This document shows, piece by piece, positions 38,901 through 52,669 of a DNA stretch of 64,000 nucleotides. This DNA comes from Octopus sinensis (taxonomy: Eukaryota). Location of the stretch: positions 122,140,001 to 122,204,000 of the forward strand of contig NC_042998.1 in assembly GCF_006345805.1 (NCBI RefSeq). The letters are read 5' to 3'. The notes below the pieces were generated by a model. It was given only the letters and a program-made list of their open reading frames with translations, did not search any database and had not been told where the DNA came from. Made by a program: the position numbers and the translations under genes. Positions within the stretch are counted from its first letter, which is position 1; the number at the start of each line of letters is the position of its first letter.

Positions 38901-40994
38901 GTCTTGTTTATAATATCAGAAAGAAGCCAGGTGGGTAAAGAACAGTAACAAAGGATCAGATTCTTTGAAAAGACGTATTTTGAAGATTATGAATAGAGAT
39001 AATTAGTTGAACCAATAGTTAAAGTTGGCTACATAGTGACTGAGACTCTCTGTGTGAGTGTGTGTGTGTGTGTGTGTATGTGTGTTTGTGTGTTCAAGCA
39101 TTTTTTTAAATACTTCTTTCAATGAAAATGAAGCATGGTTGAAACAGGAAGCTACTAGAAGTAGAGGAAATATTTAAACACAGTTTGTAACAGAATTTAC
39201 CAGTTTGATATCTTATCAGGTGACACTACAACAGATCTAATATTAGAATTTACTGCAGGGGATTTTAGATAATAGATTAAATTGAAATCTAAATGAAGAA
39301 TTATAATCAACAGTCTACAGATATGTTCAATGACAAAAAAGTTGATAATTTTGTGGCTTTGATATTCTATATTTTCTGGCTTTTGGTTTGAGAGTTACAC
39401 TAATGAGGCAAACTAAAAACCTGTAGGTAAATGACAACTTTTGATTTAAAAACTTTGATACAAGCTAGACTTAAGATTGTTGGCTCATAGACATTGAATC
39501 AATCTTGTTTTGCTTTGTCTTAATATATTTCTATCTCTGGCATTGGAAATAAACACAATTACCTCGCAAGGTTACTTATCATAAACCAGTCTTCTCTCAA
39601 GGAGGACATTTAACTCCTGTACCATTATTGCCATAAAACTAGAGTTAACTATCTACCATTAAGAGTCCTTTTTGTGGTAATTGACATTCTTGCTTTGTTT
39701 ATTTTTACACAGATACAACAGCCTTGCATCAGTGAGAACAGCTACTTCTACAACCATCACCACCACCACCAACATTAATCCTCCAACACATTTACTATAT
39801 TTGATATCACACTTAATATGTTCATCAATAGCCTGTTTTGTTGCCAGGTAAGTAGAGGCAAGAGAGTTAAGTGTCATATCCAGGACATATTGATATACTA
39901 ATAACAGAACATAAACATAAAATTTCTCAGAATAGAGGCTTAACACCTTGCTTTGGTCAATGTGACTTCTCACTTGCAGGGTGTCACTCAACTAGACACT
40001 TCCTATTTTACAAAATATGGAATTCTTTTCATGAAGTGACAAGAGCAAATCAATATTCCCTCAAATGGTAAGAAGGTATTTTAGGGTGGAGGTAAGCTTT
40101 CAACAAGCAATCCACAACCTGCTTTCAGTTCATAGCTGAAGTTTTATTTATTTATGTATTCATTCATTCACTTGATATTGCAGTTTGTGAACAAAAGCAT
40201 CATTGGTTGCAGGTTTCCAAAGGGTCAAACATGGATTCACTGCATTTTCAATGGCGAGAATGACAAGAGATTGTCTAACTTGATGTAGAACAAATACAGT
40301 ACCAGGTAAAATATTCAGCAGGCTTGGGACAGGAAGTGACTTGGATTTCTGGATTTTTCTGGTTAATATATACTTGGAGTATAAAATAAACTTTGAGAAG
40401 AACTAAATTGTGTTTAACAGATTTAAATTAATACATTTCTAAAGCAGGGTCTCTTTGAAATCTATAATTTCACTTGAAATTCTTAAAATATATCATATAA
40501 TACCATTATACCATGTATACAGTATAATGGTTATAAGATGAAAATTAAATGAAGAAAAGTGAAGAACAGGATTTTACTTACTGGTATAAATTAATTACAA
40601 GAGGATGCTTAATCTTTATCAATCTACAGAGATCAGACAATAGAGCTAGGCACAGTCCCCTGGCTTGCCAGCTCCTGTCAAACCATCCAACCCATGCCAA
40701 CATGGAAAATGGATGTTAAATGATGATGATGATATAGAAATAAAGTACAAAACTATTTTTAACACACCATATGCAAATTAACCAATTTCGAAAGCAGGAT
40801 CTGTTTACTCAACACAAGGTACAATATATTGCATGATATTGCACAGAATATCTGGATTTCTGTAAATACCAACTTTCTGGAAGCTGGATATGAGGTCTGG
40901 TACTGTTTTATTAGAAATATTGTTCATGAAGCATCAGTTTCTGGTTTCTTCAGTGAAAGATATATACATAGATAAGTATGTGTGAATATAATAA

Positions 40995-41208
40995 GGTGGT
41001 GAGCTGGCAGAATTGTTAGCATGCTGGATAAAATGCATATTGGTATTTCGTTTGTCTATACATTCTGAGTTCAATTTCCACCGAGGTAGATAATGCCGTT
41101 CATCCTTTCAGGCTCAATAAAATAAGTACCAGCTGATCACAGGGGTTGATGTAATTGACTAGCCCCCTCTCCTGAAATTACTGGCTATGTGCCAAATTTT
41201 GAAACCAA
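40995..41208 (+). mobile_element. tRNA-derived SINE family B
   Basis: ggtggtgagctggcagaattgttagc...aagtaccag...ccaaattttgaaacc. Confidence 0.8.
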
Positions 41209-41752
41209 TATATGCACACACACACACACAAAACTGTTTCCATTTACCAAATTCTGCTGACAGTGTATTGGTCGAAAATATGTTAGCCATGGTGCTGCAC
41301 AATAAGACTGAACTCAGAAACATGTGGTTGTAAAGTGAACTTCTGAACAACACAACCAAGCCAGAGCCATTTTCCTGTTTTGTTTTATTATATTTATTTA
41401 CTGATAATAATGAGCTTACAAAATGCCCGAACAGCAACATTTTTTCATGCCCACCCTGTTTCATAGACTTCATAATATAGAAGAAACTATTTTCATAAAA
41501 CAGGTGGCAACACCATCTGACACTATCAAAACTTTAAGGAAATGAAATAATACACAGAATAAATAAAATAAGTTCAATAATAGTAGTAGTAGTAGTAGTA
41601 ATAATAATAATAATAATAATTAATATGATTATTATTATTTCTTTATCATTACCACAAAGGCGACAAATGAGGGAATATTAATGGGATAGCTTACAAAAAG
41701 TGTGGAGGTATGCAAAGAAATCAGATAAATGAAAGTAGTGATAATAATAATG

Positions 41753-41788
<36 letters not shown>

Positions 41789-42832
41789 TAATAATAATAA
41801 TAATAATAATAGACACGAAAAGTTGAAAAAAGAAGAAACCTGAAAGCAATTAACAATTGAGTGGGAACAATGGAAGAGAAAACAATTTAACCTTGAAAGC
41901 CAGGAAAAGCAGGCAAGTTCTAGGAGTTATTGTGTATTGAGGCAAAACTAAGAATGGAAAACTCTTTTTGTGAGTAGCATTGTTGCTCACGCACACACAC
42001 ACACACAAACATAACTTTTATTGGAATAACCTATATTAAGGAAATTTTTATTTGGTGGAATAGATGGATGGCTAGATGGATTGATTGATGGAAGCAGCAT
42101 GCATAAGAATATATATATATATACACACATATATATATATATATATGTATATATATGGAGACTGATAGTTAAGGAACTACTGTTAAAGAAAGATCTTTGC
42201 CAAGAACTACATACAAGTTTCTTTATTGTCATAACCATCATTACAATCTTCACCATGTGCTAGCATATACCAAAAGAGTTTTGCCAGAACAACCAATTAG
42301 GTAGGTGCTTTCTATTAGTTCTATCTCCCTGTCTAATTCTTCCTCTCTCTATATCTTCTTCTCCCCTACCTCTCTCTCTCTCAAAAATAAACTTTTCTCT
42401 TTTTGCAGGTCCCTTTCTCTTTCTCTCATACACACTCTCTCTCTCTCTCTCTCATACACCTCTCCCTCTCTTTCTCTCCCCCCTTCTTTATTCTAATTCA
42501 CTTTCCATTCTCTTTGAAATACTTTTTCTTTGCCTTTTTAGACTTTCTCTCTTCAACTCTTTGTCCTTTCACTGGTTGTCATCGTTCTTAATTTAGACTG
42601 TCTTCTAGATCTAGATTAGTATTATTCCATGTGTTATCACTAACCATACTTCACCTTACCCTCCAATGCCAAGGTCAATCAAACAGTTTTACTCTGTCTG
42701 GGAATTATGAAATGATATATGGTATATATTAACTGAAGTTGAAAAAGGTGACCTTGTATATTTTCCTTTCCAATGAAAGCCAAAAAACCCTCCTCCTCCT
42801 CCTTCGTCTTCGCTGTTGTCTTTGCCGTTGTC

Positions 42833-43300
42833 GTCATCATCATCATCATTGTCATTTAACATCAGCCTTCCATGCTGGCATAGAGGAGCCTACACTAAAC
42901 TTCTGTCTGCTTTGGCAGGGCTTTTAGGGCTGAATGCCCTTCCTAACACCTACCACCTAGCAGAACGGACTGAGTGCTTTTTATGTGGCACAAATACAGG
43001 TGAGGTCAGTTTTGGCATGGATTTTACAGCTAAATTCCCTTCCAAACACCAAACACTTTACAGTGTGGACTGGATGCTTTTTAAGTGGCATCAGCACTGG
43101 CAGGGTTATCAAGTAACTTGCAAGACAAAGAACCTTTGAGAGGCAGGGAACATTGAAGGAGGTGATCTTGTATCCAATGACAAAAAGTTATAGTGAGACA
43201 GAGATAGGTGTCTTGCTGTAGGAGAAGTACATGGTCACCCAGTAAGAGAGAGAGAGAGAGAGAGGAACAACAACAGAAACAGGTGTGCTGCTGAAGTAGA
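42833..43300 (-). mobile_element. Retroposon fragment, same family as 7118-7760
   Basis: Colinear similarity including ggaggtgatcttg...gttatagtgagacagaga. Confidence 0.65.
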
Positions 43301-45595
43301 TAGGTGAGAAAAGTTTTGTTCTTGACATAACAGGTGCAAGACTTCACTAGTGCAACTAACCTGATGCTGGTTATAAGCTAGGATAGAAATAGATTAACTT
43401 GAATCAAAGAATACTTGTAAACGCCTTAAGCCTTCCAAAATGGCTATACCTATTTTTGTTTTTGCAATGTGGGCATTTATTTTCCCATTTATATCTAAAT
43501 TCATATTTTTATGTGTAATGTCTAAAGCTATTTATCTAATAATCACCTTACCAGTATATTGTCTATTTTGGATGTTTGTATCTTTGTAATGGCTTTTCTC
43601 TTTCATTATTTTCCTTTATTTCCACAAAACCTTGTACTATGGTTAAAAATCAGTATAATGTTTCCTTAATAATAAACCACCCCCACATGACATTAATCTT
43701 TTTTTTTTCTCCAAAAGCATTTCTATATTTGAAGCACAAAAATGTAATTACTATAATTAAGTAGATACAGAAATATAAATAAGTGTTTCAAAAATTAGTA
43801 ATTAGTAGGAAAGACAGGCTTTAAGTACAATAAATCAACAAAAATACATTCCAGTATAATAATTTTCCCTCAAACATTGTATTTAATAATAATGAGCTTA
43901 TTGTATACAGTGCTCAAATGAACTATGCTTTGACCTTCAGAAGGCTACACTTAGCCCTTCAGAATGACCATGGGTTCCTCTCCTTCATCCAAGAGTGTTG
44001 GTAATTTGCATCCTAACAGTAGTGCTGCAGTGCATCTGTGGTAAAACCATTTTGCTATCAATGGCCATATTTTTTGATTTGCACTGCTATAAAATGGAAT
44101 GATTCTTTACTATGCTATAAACAATGGCAGCAACATTAAAAAAATATATTATTTTCACTATTTCATATATCTATATCAAAATTTTCCATTATTTCTCAAA
44201 TCATTCAAACAACAGGGGGTTTGAGAATCTGTGATTGTTGTTTATGAAATTTTAAAAATTTTGAAATACTGAGAATAGTTTTAACACAATTCACAGAAAA
44301 ATTCTGACAGGAGTCACAGTGAGAATGATTGTGTTGTAAAACAATGAATGTTTCATTAGCTTGCATTGATAAGTCTGAGTCCTCTGGAGGGTTTTTAAGA
44401 ACAGAAGCACGAACACTGTGATTTCACAGATAATAGTATCACAACCAATATCTTTGCAGTTGCTTGACCTATAAGAAACAGCAGCCAAAGATCCTCAAAT
44501 GCATCCTCTGTCACAAACTCCAAAAAAGAACATATTAGATGTCGACAATGAAGTTTTGTGATATACTAGATGAGAAAGTTACATTTGTAACACTGTTGAT
44601 CATTTGTTTTTTTCAATCAGAGCTGGCCTAGGGTTAAATAACAATAATCAACACAGCCAGCAGCAGCAGCACTACTGATATCAACTCTAGCAACATTAGC
44701 AGTACTGCCCCTGAAGTGACTTGAATATTAAGGAATCCATGAAAAAGAAAAATTCTGAAAAAGTTCTAAGGAACTTGAGAAAATAAAATTAAGGATGGAA
44801 ACCCAAATGTATAGAACTTTAGATGAAATAAAAGTATTTAAGAATTCCTACATTGTATATCAACAGGAAAGCTACATTCAGTTATCTTCTCCACCTTTCT
44901 ATGTACCTGCCTACTCATCTACACACCCATCTGGTTTCCTTCACATGTGCCTATTTGTCAGTCTATATTAGTTACCCGGCTACATGTGTTTAATCAAATA
45001 CACACTGCTACTACTGAACCTACTTGTCTATCATTCAACTTAAATCATGTCTCTGTCTGTCTACCTGTCACTCGTTCTTTTAATCAATTTATCTACCTAT
45101 CCATGTATCAATTTATTATTGTTTCCACAAATTCCACTGTTCGTTTATCTATCTACCTGTTCATCAGTTATATATCCATCTATCTATCTATTTACGTATT
45201 TAGAATCTATCTACCTGTTATTTATCTATGCAATGATCTGTCAACCTGTGAACCTACATTTCTTAGTACCCGTTTAACAATCTAACTACCTAACATACCC
45301 TCTCTGCCACCTTTATTGCAGTCCATTCATGTCTGCCATCCTATGTGTCTGCGAATCTATCTGTTTACTTATGGATAGGATTCTGAAGCTGGATTAATTC
45401 ACTGGCAATAGAGTAAGTATAATTAAATCAAAAAACATAATTGGCAGTTTCTTAATAGGAAGAAATTAGAAAGAAAAATGCAATTTATATAAATGTAATT
45501 TACATAAATATGCTTTGGTTTGAGTGTGTGTATGTATATGTGTACCTGTGTATGTATGTGTGCATGCACAGACACACAGATATATATATATATAT

Positions 45596-45799
45596 TTGTT
45601 TCAAATTTTGGTAAAAGGTCAGCAATTTTGAGGAGAGGATAAGTCGATTGCAGTAACCCCAGTGCTCAACTGGTACTTATTTAACTGACCCTGGGGGTAT
45701 GAAAGACAAAGTTGACCTCAGTGGGATTTGAACTCAGAAGGTAAAGATGCCACTAGGCATTTTGACCAGCATGCAAATAATTCTGCCAGCTCACCCCCT
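45596..45799 (-). mobile_element. tRNA-derived SINE family B
   Basis: Reverse match to 40995-41208. Confidence 0.8.
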
Positions 45800-46058
45800 T
45801 AAATAGATATGTATATATCATGATATAGATATGTGTTTATGTGTGTGTCTGTATATAATAATATCCAATATAAATGATGGTTGGCTCATTACTCCAGTCA
45901 TACTTTATCTTGTATAAAGAGAGGGGGAGGAAAAATAGAACAGAGATTCAGTAAGAGTTAACAAAAGATGAGTGCACATGAGGTTTGGTGGCAGGCAATG
46001 AGTAAAGAAGCACTACATACACACACATGCTTAAGTGTGTGTGTGCATGCGTGCGAGT

Positions 46059-46099
<41 letters not shown>

Positions 46100-46479
46100 G
46101 TGAGAGAGAGAGGAGAAGAGGGAGTAAATAACAGAGTAATTTTGGGAGAAGTTGTAGAATTGAGAAATTTGTTTTATTTAAGTTAATTTTAAGATCATAG
46201 ATAATTTTCTTTTGAAAATTAGTATTCATTTCATCTTTTTGTATAAGCCACAAAGAAATTTGATAAAGGTTAAATTATAATTAATGTATGTATTCTATAA
46301 TTCCTGATATTTACAATGGAGGCTAAAGTACACTTCCAAAGTTACCATTATATGACAGTATACAAACTATCTATAGTATACATACAAGTGTGTGTGTGTA
46401 TGCATTTATATATGGCTACAGCCTTAGGGCTGAGACGTAAAAAAGTAAAAGAATATATATAGGCATATGTGTATATAAG

Positions 46480-46524
<45 letters not shown>

Positions 46525-46657
46525 ATACATATATACTTATATACACACATGTATATATAAGTGTATGTAGATACAAGTACTTGTATGCGTGTGTGTATAT
46601 ATACATGTACTTGTATGCGTGTATATATACACACAAATATAAGGACAAGCATGACTG

Positions 46658-46701
<44 letters not shown>

Positions 46702-47076
46702 GCATGCTTATATGCATATACGCATACATGTACACAACTATATATACAGAGCCCCCAAAATGTGCAGACTATGAGTGTGTATATGTATGTATCGGTGATG
46801 ATTCCTGCTATGCAAGCAAACACATGTAACGTTAAAAATCAAATTTATCTCATTGAAGTACCCTCTTCTCTGGTGTCTTTCATAAAAATGAGAAATTTAT
46901 ATTAAAATCTGATTTGTTATTTGCATTCACTTATACATCACAGGCATGCATTGCATGCAGGAAAAAACCACAGCTGTATGTGTGTATGGATAAGTATGTG
47001 TGTGATTTATATATATATTTTTTATTTATTATATATATATATTATTATATGTATATATTATATCATATTATATATA

Positions 47077-47279
47077 TGTGACCAGGTGTGTATCGTTGGC
47101 GATTTTTTTCCTCCGTCTTCCCTTCCTTGGATCTTTCCTTTTCCTATGTTTCTGACGAAGAGTCTCGCTTGAAGTGTTAAATCCTCCTTTCTTTCCTTTC
47201 CTGAGTGTCCAATAACACTATACTTGTTCCATGTCCTCATGTTGTTGTATTTTCTCTTTGTGTTTTCATGTTTGGATTA

Positions 47280-47285
<6 letters not shown>
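47077..47285 (+). mobile_element. Solo Penelope-type terminal repeat with decayed hammerhead
   Basis: gtttCTGACGAagagtctcgctTGAAGtgttaaa; resembles the reverse complement of the Penelope end at 59053-59330; flanked by (TA)n. Confidence 0.6.
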
Positions 47286-47332
<47 letters not shown>

Positions 47333-47336
47333 CCAC

Positions 47337-47378
47337 AACTATCTGATGAATGGTCACGTGAAACTCTGAGTAATAGTT
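47337..47378 (+). ncRNA. Minimal type I hammerhead ribozyme with intact core
   Basis: Stem I aactat/atagtt, CTGATGA, stem II atg-gtca-cgt, GAAA, stem III ctc-t-gag, GTA cleavage triplet. Confidence 0.75.
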
Positions 47379-48356
47379 TATGAATATTTTTTGGCTTAAA
47401 TAAAATTATATATATACACACACACACACACATACATATACTCACGCAAACACACGCATACACCCATATGTATATATCTATCTAAATAGATATTTAATTA
47501 TTACATTGAAAAAGAGTTTGAGACGAGATTTTTAAACACTTTTGTGTTTAGCTTATTACTGGTACCTGTTAGTAGGTATTTTGTTTGTTCTCTTTAGCTA
47601 GATCCTACTAAACAATGGAGATTGCTTTATTGTTTTAGTCTCAGACAGTCATTCACATATGAACACAAGACAAATCAATAGCTTTGACACACAACACACA
47701 CATGCACAACATGCACACACATACACACACAGTCACTTGCACATGCACATTGCACATATATGCTTATGCTGTCCCTTGCACATGCAAACACATCTCCATG
47801 CAATATTCACATTACAGTTGACTGTCAGGTGCTTTCCACAAATAAATAGTCTGACATAACACACACACACACACACACACGCATCATTACGCAAAAACAC
47901 TGGCAGTCAAACGCTAATGCATACACACACACACACATGTACAGAGTACAAAAAATACGAAAGTAGCACGAAAGAAAAAATTAAAACAAACAAAAAAGAC
48001 TTGCAATAAATTACAGGAAGCTATCTATGAATGATCTTTTACAGATGAAGCAACAAATTTGTGTATGTGTGTGCATTTTGGAATGGGTGCATACATCGGC
48101 ATACACACATGCATTGCTGTTATTTCCTATGAGTGGATGATGCATTTTTATTAATTCAACTTTGCAGTTCATGATTTTCTTTTTTTTTATATATATATAT
48201 ATTTTTTTTTTTCCTTTCTTTTATTTCACTTTAATAATTGTGAATGAATTTGCAAAGTGGGACGATAAAATTGCAATGAAATACAAACACACACACATAA
48301 ATATATGCTTGCAAATATATATGTGCATACAATACATGTGTGTCTGAGTATATTGT

Positions 48357-48359
<3 letters not shown>

Positions 48360-48433
<74 letters not shown>

Positions 48434-49168
48434 TATATATTATATATATACACACATATATATAACATATATATATATATGTACACACATGCATATATAT
48501 ATATACACACACATATATATATATATGTACACACATGCATATATATATATACATACATATATATAACATATATATATATATGTTACACAGTTATACTTAT
48601 CCAAAAGAAAGAATGGTCATTTCTCCTACATTATTGCATTGAGAGTATAATAAATTTAGAAAAGCAATGCATGAAGAGAAAAGATTGTAACAGAACGGAG
48701 AAATGATAAAGAAAAAATAATGATACACTATAGAAAAAAAAAAGAAAAAAACAAACAGGGAAATACATAAACATATTAAAAATAGATATAGTAAGTAAAA
48801 CACAAACACATACAAATGGTTTCTGTGAGGATTAAAGAATAGTAGAATAGGCGAGAATGGGAGAATAATGTCTAAGGAGAGAGAGAATGAAGGACTAAGA
48901 ATAAAAAAAAAAAACACTATATAGAAAAGACATAAAAACAATGAGCACAATATAAATACATAAAGAGGAGATGAAGAATAAAACAACAGCAACCATAACA
49001 AGGATGATGAATACAAAAGAAAACGAAAGTAGCCACGTTGGAATAAAAATATTTCCAGGATAAGCATTGAAGTTTTAAATCTATTTTTCTTGTCTTTGCA
49101 AATGTTCTATTTAAAACAGAAAACAGAAGATATATATATATATATATATATGTGTGTGTATGGGTGTG

Positions 49169-49238
<70 letters not shown>

Positions 49239-49253
49239 TATATAGATATATAT

Positions 49254-49284
<31 letters not shown>

Positions 49285-49456
49285 CATATATATATGCACA
49301 CATATACATACACATCTGCACACAAACATGTATATACATATATACATACATACATACATACATACATGCATACATACATACATACATATGTATATATGCA
49401 TATAAGTTTAATAAAGATGGACTGTTCAGTATTCATGCTGCGTTGGTGCATAGATG

Positions 49457-49520
<64 letters not shown>
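48360..49520. repeat. Dense (TA)n/(CA)n/(TACA)n microsatellite and A-rich low-complexity block
   Basis: Directly visible; similar blocks at 6071-6175, 34065-34223, 46460-46700 and 54690-54880. Confidence 0.95.
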
Positions 49521-49522
<2 letters not shown>

Positions 49523-52458
49523 CCAGCATAGACATACACACAAACACACACTATCTTATATATTAATGGAAATTAAATCTTTTTATGATACGAAATCTAT
49601 ATATAGTAGAAAACAAAGTGGGTTAGTGAGCGGAGGAGATGGAAAAATTGACTGTTGTGCATATGTGTGTGTGTGCGTATGTGCGTGTCTCCTCTGTCTC
49701 AGCTCCCCCACTCTCTTTTTTTCTTTCTCTCTCACACATACACACACAATTTCTCTTTCATGCTCTCCAATATTTATTTAAGTATCCATCTTGTACCATG
49801 CCTTTACATCTTTCTTTTTTTTTTTCTTTACACTTACTATAGACACATATACTTGTATTCATAGCCAAGTGGTGTAAGAAATTAGCTTGCTGAAGTTAAG
49901 CAGAAAGAAATCAAACTGAATATTAGATAAATGACCGTCTGCAGTTCTCCATAGATTGAGTTATAGAGTTATAGAGTTAAAATGGCCAAGTGAATAAGGC
50001 ATTGATTGCACTGCTGGAGTGAAGATCAGTTAGGAGTTCAAGCCCATTTCAGATGTTGCATAGTAATTGTGTCTTGGAGCTGAACACAATGAGGAAGCCA
50101 TTTGATGGCTGCTAAGTCTGCTAAAAATAGTAACCAAATCACATATTACAATCTTAAGAAATTCAGGAACTATTGGATAATGTAGTTTTAGATAAACTGT
50201 TTGAAAAGATGGGAATAGTCATAGCTTGAATACTTTGATAATATGTCTGCTTGGTCACTGATGACCAGGAACAAAACAACATTAGTGGCAGACTTTGCAG
50301 AGGAAAATTTACCTGTGATGGATTAATATTTTAGTGAATAAAGGAACTTTTAATTAATGCCAAAGAAATCATGATTCAGCAGATGAACCTAACAATCTTT
50401 CAAATTCCAAGAAACCGTCATTTGACTGTGGCCATAAAATTCTGAAATGCACCCTCTAAGTACCATTCTTTCTTTAATTCTAATACTGGTTTCAGTTGTT
50501 AGACAGCCATGCTGTGGTACTACCTTTCTTCTATATATATATATTTTTTTTTGAAGATACCATCTTGTTATTTAGATACAGACTAGTTTGCCACACCTGC
50601 TTGGGTACTCAGTCAAAATAAATACCTTGAAAGACTTTGTATAATGCTCTAACAATTCAACCAATCTGTTCCCCTGAACTGATGCTTAATCTCATCAACC
50701 TCAGAAAAGTAAAAGGCAAAGTTGGCCTCAATGGAAATCGAACTCAGAATGTAAAGGAAAGCAATGGACTTGACAAGCGCATAGTATTTGTGAAGGTAGT
50801 CACCAACAGTTGTTTATGATCTTATAGTGAAGAAAGAAAGACATAATATAAGAGGTATTGGATTGCTATTTCTTGCAGATTGAGTAACTGTATGGAGGTT
50901 CCTTTATTGACTGGGGTTCAAACATGTATAAGTTATTGATGTTTTGGAATGATAATGGAGTTGGGGACTGAATTTCAGAGAGGCACATCAAATAATTTTT
51001 AACCTGAGAATGGGTAGCACAGGACTAGTACAGCCATCACTTGCGAATTGGTATGGCTTGGTAACATGTACCATGCTTTTGCTAACTGGTTTAGGTGCAT
51101 ATGTAGTTGTAAGCAGACACACATCCTTGTTTTTTGCCCTTTCACCTATGAAGGATGTAACAAACCATTGGATCCAGGTACTGAAACCACAACCTTATAA
51201 TCATGAGTTGAACATCTTAACCACTAGGCTATATATGCCTTTATGATATAAACCTAATATGCAGTTTAACAATTGACAGTGTCAATCCTTTTCCCTATCA
51301 AGAGTATGGATGAAAGAATGAATAGAAAAACTGAAAGTCTGAAAGGGTAACATCTGGAAAATGCCAAACTGTAAGCTATAATTATGCATAACAGTCATAG
51401 TTTGGTTAAAAGAGGGAGGAGAGAAGTGAATTTAACTCAAAGATGTGAAGCAAAACATTAATAAAGTAACTGTATAGACATAAAATACTTAGAATATTCA
51501 CTCTTTTATTATTGCTAATAACAATGCTGATGTATTCAGATTTTTAAAAAAATGAGTGAAATGATGAAGAGAAAAAAATGACATTTTGTGTGGTTTAATG
51601 AGAGGGTTTTCCTATAACTAAAAAGTAATGTGTCAGCAAGGTCAGATATAACAAGTTTGAACAAATAGCATTGTGCTCTATTGCATTGGAACCGCCTATG
51701 TTAACAATGCAATTCTTGTATGAGAACAGCCAAGAGGAATAAATCTTAAAACATGTAAAGAAAATACTTACAAAATAACAGAGATTTGGATTAGTCAACT
51801 CATTTAACTTTCATAATAGCAATAATGATGCAAAGATATGTTGATGTATTCAAACACATTGAATCGCTGGAAACAGAACATCTTGTTGTGTCAGCATGTC
51901 TGTATCTATGCATGGTTCCTGCTATCAATAATAATATATCAAGTCATCAAGTGAGATCAATTTTTGAAGATATATCATTGTAATGGGACTTAGCGTTCAC
52001 TAGTTTCATGAAACCTCATTCACCACTTTGAAAATTATGCTATCTCATCTGGGGTAGTATTTTCAAATAATCTGGCACCTTGTTGCTGCAAATGAGTGAA
52101 TTGAAACATGTTGAATTAAATGAACTGCTTAAAATAAACATGGCAATAACAAACCAATGAGCAAGTCTCTACATGGTGACTTTCCCTACAAGATATAGTA
52201 GCCAAATTTCCTAATACTCTGCTATCTTTATAAAGGAACAGTAGATTGGTAGATGTAAAGCTAGATATAAAAAAAATAATGGGATGGTCACAGATGGAAT
52301 ACTTTTATAATAATTCTGCTCCATCACTGACCTGAAGCTAAACAAGATCAATGAAATAATTGCAATGAGTTTGAACAAAAGACCAACAAGCTGGTAGTAC
52401 CACTTAACACACAATAACTACTTAACCATGCCATTCCAACTACAATTAATATATTTAA

Positions 52459-52669
52459 CTCTTTAGCACTCAGACTTCTTTGTCAAATATAATGCTTATT
52501 AATTCACGAAGTTTTAAATTAATCATGCATTATCTTGTAGCTTCAATAATGTGTTTGTATATTTTTAAAATGACATTGTAGGGTAGCTGTGAGAGATTAG
52601 ATCTGATCAGTTTAAACATAAAGCATGCAGAATATTTGGGCCAAATACCACCAGATTAATGTTAAAGGG
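52459..52669. mobile_element. piggyBac-type MITE
   Basis: TTAA|ctctttagcact...aatgttaaaggg|TTAA; a decayed third copy lies at ~53611-53810. Confidence 0.75.

Noticed and set aside
41660-41707. 48-nt segment between AAG and GAG|GTATGC
   Set aside because: Stops in all three frames and a weak acceptor.
46348-49864. Numerous 60-156 aa ORFs (YIYI, CVCV, HTHT), here and throughout the window
   Set aside because: Stop-free translations of dinucleotide microsatellites, not genes.
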